Shown here in pieces: positions 58,735-64,000 of a stretch of 64,000 nucleotides of DNA (position 1 is the first letter of the stretch; every line of letters begins with the position of its first letter). The notes under the pieces were generated by a model, which saw only the letters and a program-made list of their open reading frames with translations, ran no database searches and was not told where the DNA came from. This DNA comes from Psammoneis japonica (Eukaryota). The DNA is taken from contig QPGO01000171.1 of NCBI GenBank assembly GCA_008632985.1, forward strand, positions 1 to 64,000, written 5' to 3'. The position numbers and the translations under genes were made by a program.

Positions 58735-61700
58735 TGAAGACAATGAGACACAGCCGTTCAGCGAAGCGTCCAATTCCACTTTCTAGAGTAGAAAAATGCC
58801 ACTTGGGTAGAATTTTGGGTGCAACGGCACGGTGCAGTGCTGTGCTGTGCCGTAGAGAGAGAGAGAGTACAGTGGGTGGCCCTACAGCAGAGAGCAAACA
58901 AAGTAGAAGTAGTGCGGTGCGTGCACATGTCGTGACACTCGCTTTGCTGCATGGTCGAAGCTCGCGTGTCCACACAGCTCCGAGTGCCTTCCTAATGTGT
59001 CGACTGGATGTCCACTCCAGACCGACACCTCAGGCAGAATGCAAGCAGACAGAATCTACCAACGAGTGACAACGAGCATTTAGTTTCACAAAAGTGCTGG
59101 TGACCAAATCACAAGCCACCTAGACTGAATCTGCTGAATGCACCCAAACAGAGGTTGATCCGCAGGTTTGCACTAGAGACTGGTGCAAACTTCAGGGTTG
59201 ACCACATTCACAACAATCATCCAAATGCTGCTGAACCAATCTATGGTTGGTCCAACATCTGTGCAACACCTGTGATCTCCAAAGCACCGCCTATGATCCC
59301 CAAAGCGTTCGGCTTGAGAATCGAGTCGACGTGGCGCGAAAAGAATTTCAATGAGAATTCCGACCGATGGAAGTACAGACACAACAGAGAATCTGGGTCG
59401 GTGGACAGACGACCCACGACTCTCCCTCTCATTCACAGATTCCAGCAACCAACAAGAAAATCACAAACGAGAGAGCTCACACAATTGGCACAAGTTCAGA
59501 GCAAAGCTCCTGCATCTTGACCGAGCCACAACACATGACAAACAAAGGAAGTGATGCTTCCAAAGTGCTGCCACCCTTGGACCTTTGACCGGTTGTTCTT
59601 GAAGAGCTCTCGAGTCAAAGGCTTGGTAAGATAATCGGCGAGTTGCTCAGCCGATTCAACCTTGATCGTATTAAACTCATCACAATGCGACCAGAACCAA
59701 TGCCACTTGACGAGAAAATACTTGGCACGATTGGTGATGTGGTGGTTGGCAGCCAGGCAGCAAGCGCCTTGATTGTCTTCAAACACACGCACATGAACCG
59801 AAGTCCTGAGATCTTGGGAGATGTCTGGGGTAGAGACGATCTCAAGGAGCAGGTTCTTCAAAGGTGGGAGAGTCCAAAGAGCACAGGAGGCAGCTTGACA
59901 CTCGGCTTCGAGGGTGGAGCAGGAAACAGCTGACTGGAGCTGCGATTTCCACACCAAAGGGCATCCACTGAGAGTGATGATGTGTCCGGTGCGAGACCTA
60001 ACAGAATTCAGAACAGAATCCGCTTCACAGCAATGGAGACCAGCAAAATCGGCATCAACCCACAAATCAAGATCCAAACGACTGGTTGGAGATAGCAGCA
60101 TCCCCTGATCACGCGTCCTCTTCAAGCAGCGGACCAGAGTCTTGACGGTGGTGGCATGCGACTGCTTCGGGTTGGAATTGAAGCGCGCAACCTGACTGAC
60201 GGCAAGGGAAATGTCAGGACGGGCATTGGTGAACAAACACAGAAGCATTCCAATGACAGAGGGACAGCTCCAGTCCTCCTGCACAGGATCTCCATCCACA
60301 TCAGCACCGAGGGCTTGGGACGCTGCGGGGAGCAAGTTTGGTTTGCCATCAACCAAACTGGCAGCAAGCAGGATCTTGTCAATCAACCCTTTCTGCGTCA
60401 ACTTGACAGTGCCATCGTCTCGCCTTTCGAACTTGACACCCAAGAACTTGGTAAAACTGCCCTCTTTTGTCAACTCAAATCCTTTCTCGCATGGCTGGGA
60501 CATCAGCTGATCAATGGTGGACTCCTGTGCTGCGCTGATCCCACAATCGTCGACATGCAGGCAGACCATGCAATCATGGCGGAGCAGGAGACATTGGTCA
60601 TACTTGCTTTGGATGAAACCCAAGTCCAAGAAGGCATGCAGACAATGTTCACACCACAACTTTGGAGCCGAAAAGAGTCCACAGAGACTCTTGACAAGCT
60701 TGAGAAAAGTCTTGGGTCCTTTCGTTGAGCCGAAACCTCGTGGAAGATGGATCCAAACTGGTTCTTCCATGGGAAGTACTGCTTGAACGAATGCGGACTG
60801 GAAATCGGCGGATGCCGCATGCCATCCAAGAATGAGACTCAACACCAAGAATGCTCGAACCGCACTCCAGGCCACAACCGGTGCACAAGTGTCAAACAGA
60901 CTTCCTTCCTGCAGCAGCGAGCCTTGCACTTCTTGATCTCACCAGAAGGTGATCGCTTGCGATGAAATGCCCAAGTGCCAGGAAGGATCTTGGTTTGAGC
61001 ATCGGATGCAGGCACCTCGACCCACGTTCCTTGATGGACGAGTGCTGCAATCTCAATCTCCGCTGCTTTCAACCACTTGTCGCGATCGGAAGAGCGCATG
61101 GCCTCGTCCCACGACAGCATGTCCGGATCCTTGACTTTACGCGCCGATGCCTTGCACACAGTGGGAGCAGTCATGGATGTGTTGCAACCGTGATCAAACT
61201 TGTGTGCACAATGGAAATCAATGAAGTGGGACAAGCATCCATGTCCCTGAGATCCATCACATCTCCAAACCGGTTGGGTGCAGCACGATTCCAGGTAGAA
61301 CGCCAAACTGGGGTTGGAGAGGGGCATTGTGCGCTGGGTGGAGCCACAGGTGGTGACTCCCTCTCTTGACCAAGATCCAAAGAAAGACTTTGAGGGGCAG
61401 GAGGCTCCCTCTGAGGACTTGGTGATGGATTTAAGTTGGCAGTGGGTGCTCTCTCCCTCTGAGGTGAGTCTGAAACCACAGGTTCAGTGGGAGACTCCAA
61501 AGGAGGCATGGACTCCACAGCAGGGACCAGAGGTTCCATGGCAGGACTTGAGGGGGCCTCAGAAGCAGATGCTGGTGCCTGAGCAGCCGGAGGAGGGACC
61601 TGTGAGGGTTTGGGAGGCAACCGGCGGGTGACGGTTTCTCGAATTTCCTCAGATCGGCACTCACTTTCAGGGCATTCTTGACGGACATCGACATCAGCCT

Positions 61701-64000
61701 GCTCTTCATCATCCACAGCACATTGACACACACTGTCTCCAAAAAGAGACGTCCATTCCGGAGACCCAATGGCAGGTAACAAGTTGGCATCGGCAGGAAC
61801 CGTTGCAAACCAATCATCAAAAATGACATGGAATTGGGGAGTGATGGCTCCCGTTTCAAGACTCAAGACTAATGGGACTGATGAGGCATGCTCGGGGCTG
61901 AGTCCCACGCAGACATGCCAACTCACGCAGGGTTTCCACTTTGGCAGTTCCTTTCCATCGGTGAGAGTTTTGTCAAGAACGTAAACAGGGCACCCCCAAA
62001 CATGACAATCCTGGAACCGAGAGTGGGGATTGCGCGTCTGAGTAAACACATCCTGTGGACTCAGACCCACAGATGGGTCTGGCATCACGTTATAAAGCAC
62101 AACAGCATGGTCCACAGCCAAAGGCCAAAGAGTAGCGTCTGCAACATCAGGCCAATGAATTGCTGCATGCAACATCACACTTCTCGCGATCGACATTGCA
62201 GTGTGTGTTGCTCGTTCACAAACCCCGTTGTGATGGTGAGCTCCCACACTGGCATGCTTTGAAACTTGTGCAAAAGACTCCAAGTGAACTCTGAAATTGG
62301 CCGACGTGAATGCCTTTCCAATGTCGCTCAAATGTTCTTGGGGAACAACGCCACAATCACGACAACGGGCCTCAAATGCGTTCTTGGCCTTCAAAGTTTC
62401 ATGGGTGTTGAGGTGAGTTTGATGTTGAACGTTGACACAACCAGATGCATGATCCACAAAAATTGCTCCACCTGAACACTGATGTTTTATGTTCTCCTTT
62501 CCAAAAGCATGTTTCAGATGACCACGCATGGAACAAACAAAGTGATCAACCGATGCTCATTGACCAGGGAACAGTTGGTTTTTCTTCAAGGCTCCAGCTC
62601 GATCCTTGACCACACGAGAACTCTTTCCGGGGCTGGGATGGCGTTTTTGTTTTCCACATTGGCATGCAGCACAAAGGGGCAGACGATCGACACGACAAGA
62701 GCGCGTTAATGCAAATGACGGGCACCCTCGGAGTGGGATGGAACTCCCGTGTGCATCAAAAATTGCACCTTTCGAAAGCTTGGATGGCCGAGACGAAAAT
62801 GCCAACGTAGTGACTCCTTTTCAGCAGGTGAGACATTGTGATTGTGTTCCATTGTCGTTGACAACATCAAATGAAACTCCTCACAAATTCGTTGACTTGC
62901 TTGATTTGCATGGGCCCATCCAACCGGTAAGTTGGTTGAAGGTTCAACCAACACCTCAACACCATGCCTGTGTCCTTGTTCGCAATCCTTGGATCCACTG
63001 AGGCTCGATAGACTCATCCGAGCATGTCTGCAAGAGACTGGTTGTGCTCAAGAGACGAGCCTTGGACTTCGGGATGTAGTGGGCCAGAACCTTCAGGGTC
63101 TGAAGCACCCCAGTGACATCAACAAAAGACCAAGCAACGTGTCCCACACCTGCCACATTGAGTCCCTTAGCAACACCTTGGAGCCGGATGGCGACAGGTG
63201 GTTTCTCAAGAGGTCTGACGAAGTCGTCCTTGCAAGCAAGGTGAGACCGATGCGCTTGCACCTGAGTCCCAAATGACTGGGAAAGTGTGCTCTTGAACCA
63301 CTTCCTCTGTCTCCTTAGGACTCGCAAAAGCCACCTTGAGAGCACCAGCAACAGAAAGCAGGGATGACGGGATGTCAGCATTTGCTAGATGAGCCTTGGC
63401 TGCCAGGGAGCAGATGGCATCAAGCTGGGAGCACATCAAACCGTGCGCAACCTTCGAACTAGCAGGGCGACACGTGGGTGTCTTGAGGTTCCGACCACCT
63501 TGATGATGAACATCGGGACCCCTTTTTAGAGCAGTGCTCTTACAACGTCTGGCACCCTTGGGACAACCTGCCTCTCCCTCTCGACCAAGGAGAGGACGTG
63601 CGCATGAAGGTGAGTGACCACTCGAAGGCCTTGACCTCCCCGCTTGTGTGTCATGCAACTGATCACGCTGCTGCTGCTTGACATTGGGTGCTCCACGGGC
63701 TCGTTGGACGAGAGAGGGATGCCTGGCTGGAGTGTGGCGGCGTCCGGAGCGAGGCTGAAGCTCCCGCAGGCGACGACGCCCCCAACGACCACGACGCTTG
63801 GAGAACTTGGTTCCTTGGCGTGTAGTCCAGCAGGGAGGTGGGGGAGGAGGAGGAGCACGTTGGGCTTTGGCACGAGCATCATGCTCAAACTTAGATGGCA
63901 AGAAGACGGCCGCTAGAAGCATCAGGAACCAGAGAGCAGGTAGAGGGTAGAGATGCCAGTGTGACGAGATGTGCGACGCAACAACCGTCATGAGCCAGAC
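58735..64000 (-). mobile_element. Second Copia (CoDi-like) element, degenerate, running off the window; PPT GAGAGGGAG at 59422-59430, 3' LTR approximately 58735-59420
   Basis: Protease IWDSGAS; WHFRLGH...CAACQCGK; integrase IFVDHAS, LSDIG, GAHHHNGVCER; RT KKCKAR, KSLCGL..APK, CLHVDDC; RNase H VDADFAG, EAEC, EDNQGA, ADYLTK. LTR limits not established. Confidence 0.88.

Noticed and set aside
1..64000. Hundreds of overlapping Cys/His/Met/Trp-rich ORFs in all six frames
   Set aside because: Loss of TpA removes TAA/TAG stops and Tyr codons and creates TGY/CAY/ATG/TGG, so these are by-products of the mutational bias, not metal-binding proteins.
1..64000. Alternative genetic code or RNA editing as the explanation for Tyr>Cys/His and in-frame TGA
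   Set aside because: The two host genes use the standard code with normal Tyr; TE frames also carry frameshifts, and non-coding LTRs and TIRs show the same changes.
1..64000. Classical fungal RIP
   Set aside because: RIP produces TpA from CpA and lowers GC; here TpA is consumed and CpA/TpG accumulate.

Overview
Eukaryotic nuclear DNA, most likely a diatom or related stramenopile (inferred from ~80-bp GT-AG introns, CoDi-like Copia elements, an Ambal-like LINE and a beta-1,3-glucan synthase fragment). Two small gene islands hold a 3-exon LamG-like/cadherin-like single-pass membrane protein (4142-6205) and a 4-exon importin-7/8 gene (49932-53361). The rest is a transposon graveyard. It includes a four-level nest with recognisable TSDs (Copia > LINE > gag-only LTR element > 1-kb retroposon), a CRE-like LINE remnant, a Gypsy pol, a solo LTR, a Tc1/mariner inside a MITE, a PIF1/Helitron-like helicase remnant and a second Copia. 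The main signal is that repeat-derived DNA has lost almost all CpG AND TpA dinucleotides, both converted to TpG/CpA. Paralogous copies show the same ancestral TpA changed to TpG in one copy and CpA in another, while genes and the youngest insertions are spared. This looks like a repeat-targeted A:T>G:C hypermutation running opposite to fungal RIP. Other leads are a degenerate C5-methyltransferase-like domain inside the Gypsy pol, a LINE-tailed retroposon with an intact unknown ORF, and a Copia PBS matching a tRNA-Asn anticodon arm. All alignments and counts were done by eye; no database searches were run.
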